Assembly: GCF_963921235.1 (NCBI RefSeq)
Contig: NC_086108.1
Span: 77,440,001-77,504,000, forward strand
Direction: 5' to 3'
Origin: Mobula hypostoma
Lineage: Eukaryota
DNA length: 64,000 nt
The notes below the pieces were generated by a model. It did no database searches. It saw only the letters and a list, made by a program, of their open reading frames with translations, and was not told the DNA's origin. Both the position numbers and the translations under genes were made by a program. This document shows positions 12,388 through 23,849 of this stretch, in pieces (position 1 is the stretch's first letter; the number at the start of each line of letters is the position of its first letter).

Positions 12388-13329
12388 ACCGGTGATAGCA
12401 CAGGACAGTTAATATCTTAGTCCACGTGTATTTTCAATTCGCATTCTACATACATACACATACACATATATATATACGGTATACATATATATACACACAC
12501 ACTGAAATTAAATTGCACAGTGGTCATAGTGGGAATTGAACTTGGGATTTGGGGTTATGAATCTATTGACTGAATACCAATATCATACATTATATTTCAA
12601 ATCAAAATGAAATGCCTTTATAATACTAACCTACTAAGCTGTTGTTGCCTGCACTTGCCAGCCTCCTACTCCGCAACATTCTCCAAACTTCAGTCCAAAT
12701 TCCTTTCCATTAAGCTATCATTAGTTTACATCTCACAGTTATCATCGGTACTGAAATTCCCTGACTAAAGACATTCTGTTGTCTCCTGCTTTGAAATCTT
12801 TGATTTATGATTGCCTTTCCTAACTTATTTTTGGTTTGATTTCTATTTCACTTGTTAAGTTTCTTTGAATTGCTTTGAGACATCTTTCTACAGGAAAGCT
12901 GTTGTGTGTAAAGGAAACATACAACATCAGAATAGTTTCCTAACCATACTCATGTGACATTATATCCCAATATAAGTCACCTCCATGATCAATCTTAATA
13001 ATGCCATTGATTAACGTTTTAAGTGTTATTTTGCTAAGCTATACCTGCCACGAACCGTATCCAAATAGTTTTAATCATGAGAACTGATAAAATTAAGGAA
13101 AAAAAATCAGATATGAAAGGAAATTTTGTCATAGTAACAGTAACCACAAAACATTTAGCTTGCTGTTTTAAAAAAAAACACCTGGTTGATTTATGTCCTT
13201 CAGAGAAGAAAATTGCCTGGCTTTGTCCACTCTGGCATGAACTCACTTCAGGGGCAATTAGATATGCATAATACAAGTATTGCTGGTGTTGTCTCCATCC
13301 AATAACAAAGAAGTATTACAATAATTCTA

Positions 13330-14030
13330 AACGAGACATGTAAATTAGGGACTGGTGTAGTCCACTCATTCATTCAAGCCTGTTTCTCCATTTCATAATG
13401 ATGAATTGATGTCAAACTTAACTCAGCATTATCTTTTGCCCACATTAACCTTTCAACCCCTACCTCAAGCACTTATCCCTCTCTGCTTTAAAATGTCTGC
13501 CTCTACCACCCATTGAGAGAGACAGTTATAGAGAGAAATGATTGTACATTATCTTTGTTTCAAAGGGGTTCCCTAGTTCTAGCTTCCTACAAGTGGAAAC
13601 ATTCCCTCCACATCCATGCTGTCAGGACACCTCAGGATTTTATATATTTCAATAAGTTCTCTCTTAATCTTTCCAACTCTGGTGGATACAAGCCTAGCCT
13701 GTCCAACCTTTCCTCAAAAGACAATAATCTCATTCATGTATTGATCAAGAAATTATTTTCTGAATTAATTCTGGCATATTAACATTTTTTCTCCAAATAA
13801 GAGGAACAAAACTGTACATACTATGCTTTTACTGTGATCTCATCACTCTATATACCTGAGCATAATCTTTCTACTCTTACATTCAAATCCCTGCCAAAAA
13901 AAAGTCACATTCTGTTAGAATAACTAATTACTAGTAATTACTATTTCTGCATACTAGCCTTTTGTAAACACTCACACATTAGGACACACAGCTTCCTCTA
14001 TATCTCAGAGCTCTGTAATCTCTCACCATG
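13330..14030 (-). mobile_element. Ancient degenerate CR1 3' portion
   Basis: Recognisable decayed CR1 motifs (tacaagcctagcctgtccaacctttcctca; aaaactgtacatacta). Confidence 0.6.
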
Positions 14031-14354
14031 AGGCACACCGGCACTGTGGTGAGATTGGCAACAACAATCCAGTTTTAAAATAGCAGTGGAGTATGAATTT
14101 AATTCCCATGTTCCCCTGTTTGCAGAGAGAGGTTTTCTTCAAGTCAATGGAGTTTACAGGAACCCACTTAAATAAAGAGAAATTCTCAGAAATTTGACCA
14201 GAAATTATGAAAATATGCAACTAAACTCAAAGCATTAGTTACATAATCATTTTAACAAACAGGTCTCTGCTGTATTCAAGAACAGTCGGTCAATGAGTTG
14301 GAAGAGCAAGTGAAGTCTGCAAGCGTAACAGTAATCTAGAGACACAAAGTTCTA

Positions 14355-15835
14355 CGTTCAGAGTAAATTTATCAAATTACATATATGTCTCCATAGGCTA
14401 CCTTGATAATCATTTTCTTGCAGACATTCACAGTAGAACAGAGAAATACAATAGAATCTAGTCAATACAATACAATTTAGTCAATGTGTGACTAAACACA
14501 TTGATGAAGGTAGAGCCGTAGATGTAGTGTATATGGATTTCAGCAAGGCGTTTGATAATGTACCGCATGCCAGGTTTATTGAGAAAGTAAGGAGGCATGG
14601 GATCAAAGGGAATATTGTTTTGTGGATCCAGAAATGGCTTGCCCACAGAAGGCAAAAAATAGTTGTAGATGGGTCATATTCTGCATGGAGGTCGGTGACC
14701 AGTGGTGTGCCTCATGGATCTGTTCTGGGACTCTTACTCTTCGTGATTTTTATATATGACCTGGATGAGGAAGTGGAGGGTGGGTTAGTAAATTTGCTGA
14801 TGACACAAAGGTTGGGGGTGTTGTGGATAGTGTGGAGGGCTGGTAGAGGTTACAGTGGGACATTGATAGGATGCAAAACTGGGCTGAGAAGTGGCAGATG
14901 GAGTTCAACCCAGATAAGTGTGAAGTGGTTCATTTTGGTAGGTCAAATATGATGGCAGAATATAGTATTAATGGTAAGACTCTTAGCAGTGTGGAGGTTC
15001 TGAGGGATCTTGGGGTCCGAGTCCATAGGACACTCAAACCAGCTATGCAGGTTGACTCTGTGGTTAAGAAGGTATATGGCGCATTGGCCTTCATCAACCG
15101 TGGGATTGAGTTTAAGAGCTGAGAGGTAGTGTTGCAGCTATATAGGACCCTGGTCAGACCCCACTTGGAGTACTGTGCTCAATTCTGGTTGACTCACTAC
15201 AGGAAGGATGTGGAAACCATAGAAAGGATGCAGACGAGATTTACAAGGATGTTGCCTGGATTGGGAAGCATGCCGTATGAGAATAGGTTGAGCGAACTCG
15301 ACCTTTTCTCCTTGGAGCGACGGTGGATGAGAGGTGACCTGATAGAGGTGTACAAGATAATGAAAGGCATTGATCATGTGGATAGTCAGAGGCTTCTTCC
15401 CAGGGCTGAAATGGCTTGCACGAGAGGGCACAGTTTTAAGGTGCTTGGAAGTAGGTACAGAGGAGATATCAGGGGTAAGTTTTTTACACAGAGAGTGGTG
15501 GGTGTGTGGAATGGGCTGCTGGCTGTGGTGGTGGAGATGGAAACGATAGGGTCTTTTAAGGGACTCCTAGATAGGTACATGGTGCTTAGAAAAATAGAAG
15601 GCTATGGGTAAGCCTAGGTAGTTCTAAGGTCAGGGCATGTTTGGCACAGCTTTGTGGGCCAAAGGGCCTGTATTGCGCTGTAGGTTTCCTATGTTTCTAT
15701 GTTAGAATCAATGCAAACAGAGACTGACAAACCAAGGTGCAAAAGAAACCAAACTGTGCAAATAAATTAATAGATAGACAGATAGATTTATAAATAATAC
15801 TGAGAATATGATTTGTAGAGGCCTTGAAATTGAGA
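14355..15835 (-). mobile_element. Rex/Babar-type 3' tail split by a CR1 insertion
   Basis: Same tail family as 55630-55860; halves 14355-14458 and 15703-15835 share tagaatc (14452-14458, 15703-15709). Confidence 0.65.
14488..15702 (+). mobile_element. CR1 LINE, 5'-truncated RT with frameshift and stop
   Basis: ORFs 14488-14952 ([19 protein letters not shown]), 14871-15122, 15129-15611; tail ctatgttt. Confidence 0.95.
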
Positions 15836-16071
15836 ATAGATTGCAGATGCTTTAATGTGGAGCAAAAAATAAATAAACTGCCGGAAGAACTCTGCAGGTG
15901 AGACAGCATTTATAGTGGCAAAAGTGATAGTCAATTTTTAGGTTGAGATCCTGAATCAGGACTGATTTGAGACTTGATTCAGAGTCTCAGCCTGAACCTT
16001 TGACCATCTCTTTGTTTCCACAAATACGGATTGACTCACTGAATTCTTCCAGTAATTTAATTATTGCACCA
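15836..16071. mobile_element. Old PLE-derived fold-back element (divergent subfamily)
   Basis: tgcagatgct...gaagaactc...aggttgagatcctgaatcaggac / tgattcagagtctcagcctga...ttcttccag inverted arms. Confidence 0.6.
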
Positions 16072-16185
16072 GTAACAGTAATCTATTGTGCTTTACAGTG
16101 AAGTGTTGTGTTTTTTAAAAAATTAGATAGGAATTATATAGGTTAAAAAAATTATATAGAAATTATATAGGAAAAAATTATATAG

Positions 16186-17418
16186 GTTACTAGGAATGTT
16201 GATGAGGGTAAAGCAGTGGATGTTGTCTATATGGACTTCAGTAAGGCCTTTGACAAGGTCCCACACGGAAAGTTGGTTAGGAAGGTTCAATCATTAGCTA
16301 TTAATATTGAAGTAGTAAAATGGCTTCAGCAGTGGCTGGATAGGAGATGCCAGAGAGTGGTGGTGGAAAACTGTTTGTCAGATTGGAGGCCGGTGACTAG
16401 TGGTGTGCCTCAGGGATCTGTACTGGGTCCAATGTTATTTGTCATATACATTAATGATCTGGATGATGGGGCGGTAAATTGGATGAGTAAGTATGCAGAT
16501 GATACTAAGATAGGTGGAGTTGTGGATAATGAAGTAGGTTTTCAAAGTTTGCAGAGAGATTTAGGCCAGTTAGAAGAGTGGGCTGAAAGATGGCAGATGG
16601 AGTTTAATGCTGATAAATGTGAGGTGCTACACTTTGGTAGGACTAATCAAAATAGGACATACATAGTAAATGGTAGGGCATTGAAGAATGCAGTAGAACA
16701 GAGGGATCTAGGAAAAATGGTGCATAGTTCCCTGAAGGTGGAATCTCATGTGGATAGGGTGGTGAAGAAAGCTTTAGGTATGCTGGCCTTTATAAATCAG
16801 AGCATTGAGTATAGGAGTTGGGATGTAATGTTGAAATTGTACAAGGCATTGGTGAGGCCAAATTTGGAGTATTGTGTACAGTTTTGGTCACCAAATTATA
16901 GGAAAGATGTCAACAAAATAGAGAGAGTACAGAGAAGGTTTACTAGAATGTTACCTGGGTTTCATCACCTAAGTTACAGAGAAAGGTTGAACAAGTTGGG
17001 TCTTTATTCTTTGGAATGTAGAAGGTTGAGGGGCGACTTGATAGAGGTATTTAAAATTATGAGAGGGACAGATAGAGTTGATGTGGATAGGGTTTTTCTA
17101 TTGAGAGTGGGGGAGATTCAAACAAGAGGACATGAGTTGAGAGTTAAAGGGCAAAAGTTTAGGGGTAACATGAGGGGAAACTTCTTTACTAGAGAGTGGT
17201 ACCTGTGTGGAATGAGCTTCCAGCAGAAGTGGTTGAGGCAGGTTCGATGTTGTCGTTTAAAGTTAAACTGGACAGCTATATGGACAGGAGAGAAATGGAG
17301 GGTTATGGGCTGAGTGCAGGTCAGTGGGACTAGGTGAGAGTAGGAGTTCGGCACAGACTAGAAGGGCCGAGATGGCCTGTTTCTGTGCTGTAATTCTTAT
17401 ACGGTTATATGGTTATAT
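16186..17418 (+). mobile_element. CR1 LINE, 5'-truncated, largely open RT frame
   Basis: ORF 16216-17313 (365 aa): [31 protein letters not shown]; tail ggttatat. Confidence 0.95.
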
Positions 17419-17514
17419 AACTGTAGGGGATACCAATCAAGACTAGCACAATGTGTATTACATGAAATAGTTATGCTGACATTTTAAATGGGTTTCAGCA
17501 CTTCACACTATCAT

Positions 17515-17803
17515 CGTTCCCCTGCCCCTTTCTTTCTCCCTAGGCCTCCCGTCCCATGATCCTCTCCCTTTTCCAGCCTTGTATCCCTTTTGCCAATCAA
17601 CTGTCCAGCTCTTGGCTCTATCCCTCCCCCTCCTGTCTTCTCCTATCATTTCGTATCTCCCCCTCCCCCTCCCACTTTCAAATCTCTTACTATCTCTTCT
17701 TTCAGTTAGTCCTGACGAAGGGTCTCGGCCTGAAACATCGACTGTACCTCTTCCTAGAGATGCTGCCTGGCCTGCTGCGTTCACCAGCATTTTGTGTGTG
17801 TTG
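17515..17803 (+). mobile_element. PLE 3'-end fragment with hammerhead motif (17708-17744, ACAU variant)
   Basis: TSD cactatcat at 17506-17514 and 17804-17812. Confidence 0.85.
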
Positions 17804-18267
17804 CACTATCATTATGTTTTGCAACAGATTTAATAGCTATTACGGGAAATTTGGTGCTAATTGTTTAGCTTCTTCCCATTACATTGCTAAGGTGTGTACT
17901 GTTTTTCCGGAATATCCTTATTCAAAAGCTAATCCAGGAATATACTGTTGCTGACATTCTATAAACATGTAAAGACATGCCAATCATCCAATAAGCAAAA
18001 CCAAGTAAAGGTTTCACTTAAAGTCTTTATTTTTTCTACCAACATAACAATATTCAGAGAAGTCATTCAATAGTGAAAAATAGTTCAACTTTTTCATGCT
18101 GGCTCAACAGTTTTAAAGCTAAAAGTAAATTTATTACCAAAGTACATGCTGTATATGTCGCCATATATATCACTGAGAATTTTTGTGGGCATACTCAATA
18201 AATCTATAGAATAATAACCATATTGAATACTGAGGTAAAGCATCTATTAGATCTCAGGGCTAAATTC

Positions 18268-19930
18268 ATAGTCATAGTATAGTCATAGTCATACTTTATT
18301 GATCCCGAGGGAAACTGGTTTTCGTTACGGTTGCACCATAAATAATTAAATAGTAATATGTAAATTATGCCAGGAAATAAGTCCAGGACCAGCCTATTGG
18401 CTCAGGGTGTCTGATCCTCCAAGGGAGGAGTTGTAAAGTTTGATGGCCACAGGCAGGAATGACTTCCTATGATGCTCTGTGTTGCATCTCGGTGGAATGA
18501 GTCTCTGGCTGAATGTACTCCTGTGCCCAACCAGTCCATTATGTAGTGGATGGGAAACATTGTCCAAGATGGCATGCAACTTGGACAGCATCCTCTTTTC
18601 AGACACCACCGTCAGAGAGTCCAGTTCCATCCCCACAACATCACTGGCCTTACGAATGAGTTTGTTGATTCTGTTGGTGTCTGCTACCCTCAGCCTGCTG
18701 ACCCAGCACACAACAGCAAACATGATAGCACCAGCCACCACAGACCTGTAGAACATCCTCAGCATCGTCCGACAGATGTTAAAGGACCTCAGTCTCCTCA
18801 GGAAATAGAGACGGCTCTCACCCTTCTTGTAGACAGCCTCAGTGTTCTTTGACCAGTCCAGTTTATTGGCAATTCGTATCCCCAGGTATCTGTAATCCTC
18901 CACCATGTCCACACTGACCCCCCGGATGGAAACAGGGGTCACCAGTACCTTAGCTCTCCTCAGGTCTACCACCAGCTCCTTAATCTTTTTCACATTAAGC
19001 TGCAGATAATTCTGCTCACACCATGTGACAAAGTTTCCTACCGTAGCCCTGTACTCAGCCTCATCTCCCTTGCTGATGCATCCAACTATGGCAGAGTCAT
19101 CAGAAAACTTCTGAAGATGACAAGACTCTGCAGTAGTTGAAGTCCAAGGTGTAAATGGTGAAGAGAAAGGGAGACAAGACAGTCCCCTGTGGAGCCCCAG
19201 TGCTGCTGATCACTCTGTCGGACACACAGTGTTGCAAGCACACGTACTGTGGTCTGCCAGTCAGGTAATCAAGAATCCATGACACCAGGAAAGCATCCAC
19301 CTGCATTTGTCAGCTTCTCCGCCAGCAGAGCAGGGTGGATGGTGTTGAACGCACTGGAGAAGTCAAAAAACATGACCCTCACAGTGCTCGCTAGCTTGTC
19401 CAGGTGGGCGTAGACACGGTTCAGCAGGTAGATGATGGCATCCTCAACTCCTAGTCAGGGCTGGTAGGCAAACTGGAGGGGATCTAAGTGTGGCCTGACC
19501 ATAGGCCGGAGCAGCTCCAGAACAAGTCTCTCCAGGGTCTTCAGAATGTGGGAGGTCAATGCCACTGGTCTGTAGTCATTGAGGCCACTGGGTTGCGGTG
19601 TCTTCGGCAGAGGGACGAGGCAGGACGTCTTCCACAGTACAGGAACCCTCCGGAGCCTCAGGCTCAAGTTGAAGACATGGCGAAGTACACCACATAGCCG
19701 AGGGGCACAGGATTTGAGCACCCTGGTACTGACACCATCTGGTCCTGCAGCTTTGCTTGGGTTGAGACATTTCAACTGTCTTCTCACCTGTTCGGATGTG
19801 AAGCCAACCGTGGTGGTTTCGTGTGGGGAGGGGGTATAGTCATGAGAGCAGGGTAGGGGACTGTGAGGAGGGGTAGGAGGGGAGAGTGGAATATGTGTTG
19901 GTTGTGGGCCGACAACAGATGAATCATGTG
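18268..19930 (-). mobile_element. Rex1/Babar LINE, 5'-truncated RT
   Basis: ORFs 19455-19787 (KAAGPDG, NDYRPVALTS), 19100-19306 (TGAPQGTVLSPFLF), 18394-18993 (RLYFLRRLRSF); aataaa plus catagt-repeat tail. Confidence 0.92.
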
Positions 19931-20094
19931 AATTGCGCTGGATGATTTAAACCAGTATAGCTAATATCTCGATGGCAATTATAAGATACCACCCCCCATT
20001 GAAAATACATGTCATTGAATCATGAATCATTCAACCATAATGATTCATGATTCAACCACGTGTATTCTGACTCTATGACAATCATGACCGTAGA

Positions 20095-20424
20095 GTCATT
20101 TATTATGTACCTTCAGCCCACCACATCCACACCAACAAATAGCCCCTATGTTCCCCCATTCCCTCTCACATACACATAATTCCCCCACACCCAATACACA
20201 ACTTAATTGCCATTCACCAACACTGGGGATAATTGCAGTGACCAATTAATCTACCAGCCAGCACACTTTTGTCATATTAGAGGACACTGGATTACCTGGA
20301 GGAAACCCATGCAATCTCAGGAGAATGTGCAAACTCCATACAAGTAGCACTGGAGATCAGAAATGAACTCAGATCACAGGCGTTGTGAGGCAACGGGACT
20401 AAACTTGCACAACAATGCCACCCA
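20095..20424 (-). mobile_element. tRNA-derived V-SINE (HE1-like)
   Basis: V-domain reverse complement ggaggaaacccatgcaatctcaggagaatgtgcaaactcc; tRNA head at the right end. Confidence 0.7.
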
Positions 20425-20489
20425 TAAACAATGGCTGATACCAGAGTAATGTTCAACTGCTTGATTGGGCATCCTCTGGAGTCCCAGAT

Positions 20490-20830
20490 TCATAGAACAC
20501 TACGGCATAGAAACAGATCCTTTGGCGCACCTAGTTTGTGCTAAACTGGAATTCTAGTCTAGTCCCATCGACCCACATCTGAACCATAGCTTCAATATCC
20601 TTCCCATCTATGTACTTGTCCAAACTTCTCTTAGCTGTTGAGGTCAGCCCGCACCCATCGCTTCTGTTCTCAGAAGTCCCCCCTCAGGTTCTCCTTAAAT
20701 ATTTCACCTTTCATCCTTAATCTACGAGCTCTAGTTCTAGTCTCAAACAACTTCAGTGGAAAATGCCTCTAGTAACAGTTTATCCAACACTTATGCCTGT
20801 GATTTTGGAGTTCAGCCTCAGAATGGATTT
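20490..20830 (-). mobile_element. CR1 3'-end fragment
   Basis: catagaacactacggcatagaaacag tail and CR1 3' UTR. Confidence 0.65.
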
Positions 20831-20879
20831 GAGCAGCTACTCTTGGTGTACAATTTAGTGCAGGACTACAGGTGCTCTT

Positions 20880-21390
20880 TGTGAATCTACTGGCTTTCTG
20901 TTTAATTGACACCCTATCAAGAAAATGAAAGAAGCTGTGATATATATCAAAGGCAAAGCTCTTATCAACATTGAGCACATTTACAAGGAGTGCTGGCACA
21001 AGAAAGCAGCATCAAGGATACCACCATCCAGGACATGGTCTCTTTTCGCTACAACCATAGGGGAGGAAGTGCAGGGGCCTTAGGTCCCACATCCTTCAAC
21101 CATCAAGCTCCTGAACCAGTGTGGATAGCTTCACTCACCTCAACTGTCTGCAGAACCTACAGAGCCATTTTAAGGACTCTCCAACTCATGTTCGCAATAT
21201 TATTTATTTTTTAGTTGCTCAGTTTGTCTTCTTTTGTACATTGGATGTTTGTCAGATTTTGATTATGTATAGTTTTTCATAAATTCTATTGCATTTCATT
21301 ATTTTACTGTAAATGCCTGCAAAAAATGAACCTCAAGGTAGTGTAGGGTGACCTATATGTACTTTAACAATAAAATCACTTTGACTACTA
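20880..21390 (+). mobile_element. Old Rex/Babar 3' fragment
   Basis: aaagcagcatcaagga..ccaccatccaggacatg; ends aataaaatcactttga. Confidence 0.65.
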
Positions 21391-21994
21391 GTTGATGAAG
21401 CAATTCTCCAAAAACTAGCAACGTTTCCATCAAAAACATTTTTATTACCCTTCCATTTTGCACAAATCATCTGCAGTGTCTGATTAATTAATTGCTACTC
21501 TACATCAAAGACAATCCATTACTTCCGAGAAAATAAAATAAGTTTTTTGAGAGCAAGTTGATGCTTTTCCCCCCTTGACTGACTTTCACAGCTGCACATT
21601 AATAGTGGTCAGCTGAGAAAATGGAATTTTAGCTTATGGGAGAAGAGGGAGGACAAAAGGGGAAGGAAGAAGAGAAAAGCTGTAATGAAAATGAATTCGC
21701 TTTGCAGTCTGCACAGTTATGGTGATTTATTTCAACTTGCCTGTTCTGCCCGCAATTTTTTTAGTTGACATTATGCATCAACTGGCTCTTAGAGAGGGAT
21801 CCAGGATTTTCCAGTTTCAATCTGGCAAGCAAATATGACTGAATGTTTAAAATTCCCAATAACATAGATTGGCATTGCCATCAAAATGGAGAAATACTTC
21901 AGCACCAAAGTTGCTTTCCTTAGAAATGTGCATTGAAGTAGCATAGTGCTTTAATCCTCATTGAAGTGATTTATAGATTGGAAACTTCAATCTG

Positions 21995-22350
21995 ATCTAG
22001 GATTGAAAGGCCTAGATAGAGTGGACATGGAGAGTATGTTTCCAATAGTGGGAGAGTCTAAGATCAGAGGTCACTGCTTCAGAAAAGAAAGAAATCCCTT
22101 TGGAAAAGACATGATTTCTTTATGGTGGTGAATCTGTGGAATCCATTGTCAAAGGTGGCTATGGAGGCCAAGTCATTGGATACACTTAAAGCAGAGGTTG
22201 ATCAGTTCTTGATTAGTAGGACATCAAAGATTATGGGGAGAAGCCAGAAGATGGAATTAAGTAGGAAATTAAATTACCTATGATCAAGTGGCAGGGCAGA
22301 CTTGATGGCTGAATGGCCTAGTTCTGCTCTTATGTCCAATAGTCTTATTG
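21995..22350 (+). mobile_element. CR1 3'-end fragment
   Basis: LKGLDRVDMESMFPIVGES; 3' UTR gatggctgaatggccta. Confidence 0.75.
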
Positions 22351-22609
22351 TCTAAATTGTTCCTATCCTCTACATCCCTGTTCCTAGCCACTCCACTCCA
22401 CAGATTAATTGTATTTACGGTTATGAGGATTAAGCTTCTGGTTGTTAGCCTGTCACAAATGAGAGGGTATACTGATGCAAATGTCCTCAGCTTGACAGCT
22501 TTATTATTATTTGGGCTTATTGTTCTCACTATTGGCCCGATGCTCAGATACTTCTTATCGTTATTTGGAAAGACTTAAATTGACAGGGCAATGGTATAAA
22601 ATATCAATT

Positions 22610-23835
22610 AACACACATAAAAGTTGCTGGTGAATGCAGCAGACCAGGCAGCATCTCTAGGAAGAGGTACAGTCGACATTTCGGGCTGAGATCTTTCGTC
22701 AGGACTAACTGAAAGAAGAGCTAATAAGAAATTTGAAAGTGGGAGGGGAGGGGGAGATCCAAAATGATAGGAGAAGACAGGAGGGGGAGGGATGGAGCCA
22801 AGAGCTGGACAGTTGATTGGCAAAAGGGATATGAGAGGATCATGGGACAGGAGGCCTAGGGAGAAAGAAAAGGGGGAGGGGGGAAAAACAGAGGATGGGC
22901 AAGGGGTATAGTGAGGGGGACAGAGGGAGAAAAAAGAAAGAGAGAAAAAGAATGGGTGTATATAAATAAATAACGGATGGGGTACGGGGAGAGTTGGGTC
23001 ATTAGCAGAAGTTTGAGAAGTCAATGTTTATGCCATCAAGTTGGAGGCGACCCAGACGGAATATAAGGTGTTGTTCCTCCAACCTGAGTGTGGCTTCAAC
23101 TTTACAGTAGAGGAGGCCCTGGATAGACATATCAGAATGGGAATGGGACTTGGAATTAAAATGTGTGGCCACTGGAAGATCCTGCTTTCTCTGGCGGACA
23201 GAGCGTAGGTGTTCAGCGAAACAATCTCCCAGTCTGCGTCAGGTCTCACCAATATACAGAAGGCCACATCGGGAGCACCGGACGCAGTATATCACCCCAA
23301 CCGACTCACAGGTGAAGTGTCATCTCACCTGGAAGGACTGTCTGGGGCCCTGAACAGTAGTGAGGGAGGAAGTGTAAGGGCATGTGTAGCACTTGTTCCG
23401 CCTACAAGGATAAGTGCCAGGAGGGAGATCGGTGGGGAGGGATGGGGGGGGGGAACGAATGGACAAGGGAGTCGCATAGGGAGCGATCCCTGCGGAAAGC
23501 AGCGGGGGGAGGGAAAGATGTGCTTAGTGGTTGGATCCCGTTGGAGGTGGCGGAAGTTACAGAGAATTATATTTTTGGACCCGGAGGCTGGTGGGGTGGT
23601 AGGGGAGGACAAGGAGAACCCTATTCCTAGTGGAATGGTGGGAGGATGGAGTGAGAGCAGATGTGTGTGAAATGGGGAAGATGCGTTTGAGAGCAGAGTT
23701 GATGGTGGAGGAAGGGAAGCCCCTTTTTTTTAAAAAAGGAGGACATCTCCCTGGTCCTAGAATGAAAAGCCTCATCCTAAGAGCAGATGCGGCGGAGACG
23801 GAGGAATTGTGAGAAGGGGTTGGCATTTTTGCAAG
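22610..23835 (-). mobile_element. PLE (Neptune-like) inverted arm: GIY-YIG region, 3' UTR and decayed hammerhead (22670-22707)
   Basis: Reverse complement of about 46605-47842. Confidence 0.9.
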
Positions 23836-23849
23836 GCACTTATCCTTTT

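Larger units (their letters stand above)
11289..12452. mobile_element. Inverted pair of 3' ends of an RLE-bearing (HERO-like) non-LTR retrotransposon
   Basis: Arms 11289-11861 and 11881-12452; the right side encodes VVIGELTVPWED...KLTKYAEL...PFEVGCCGF...AETGSAWVW*, a restriction-like endonuclease C-terminus; flanked by TA/CA repeats. Confidence 0.85.
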
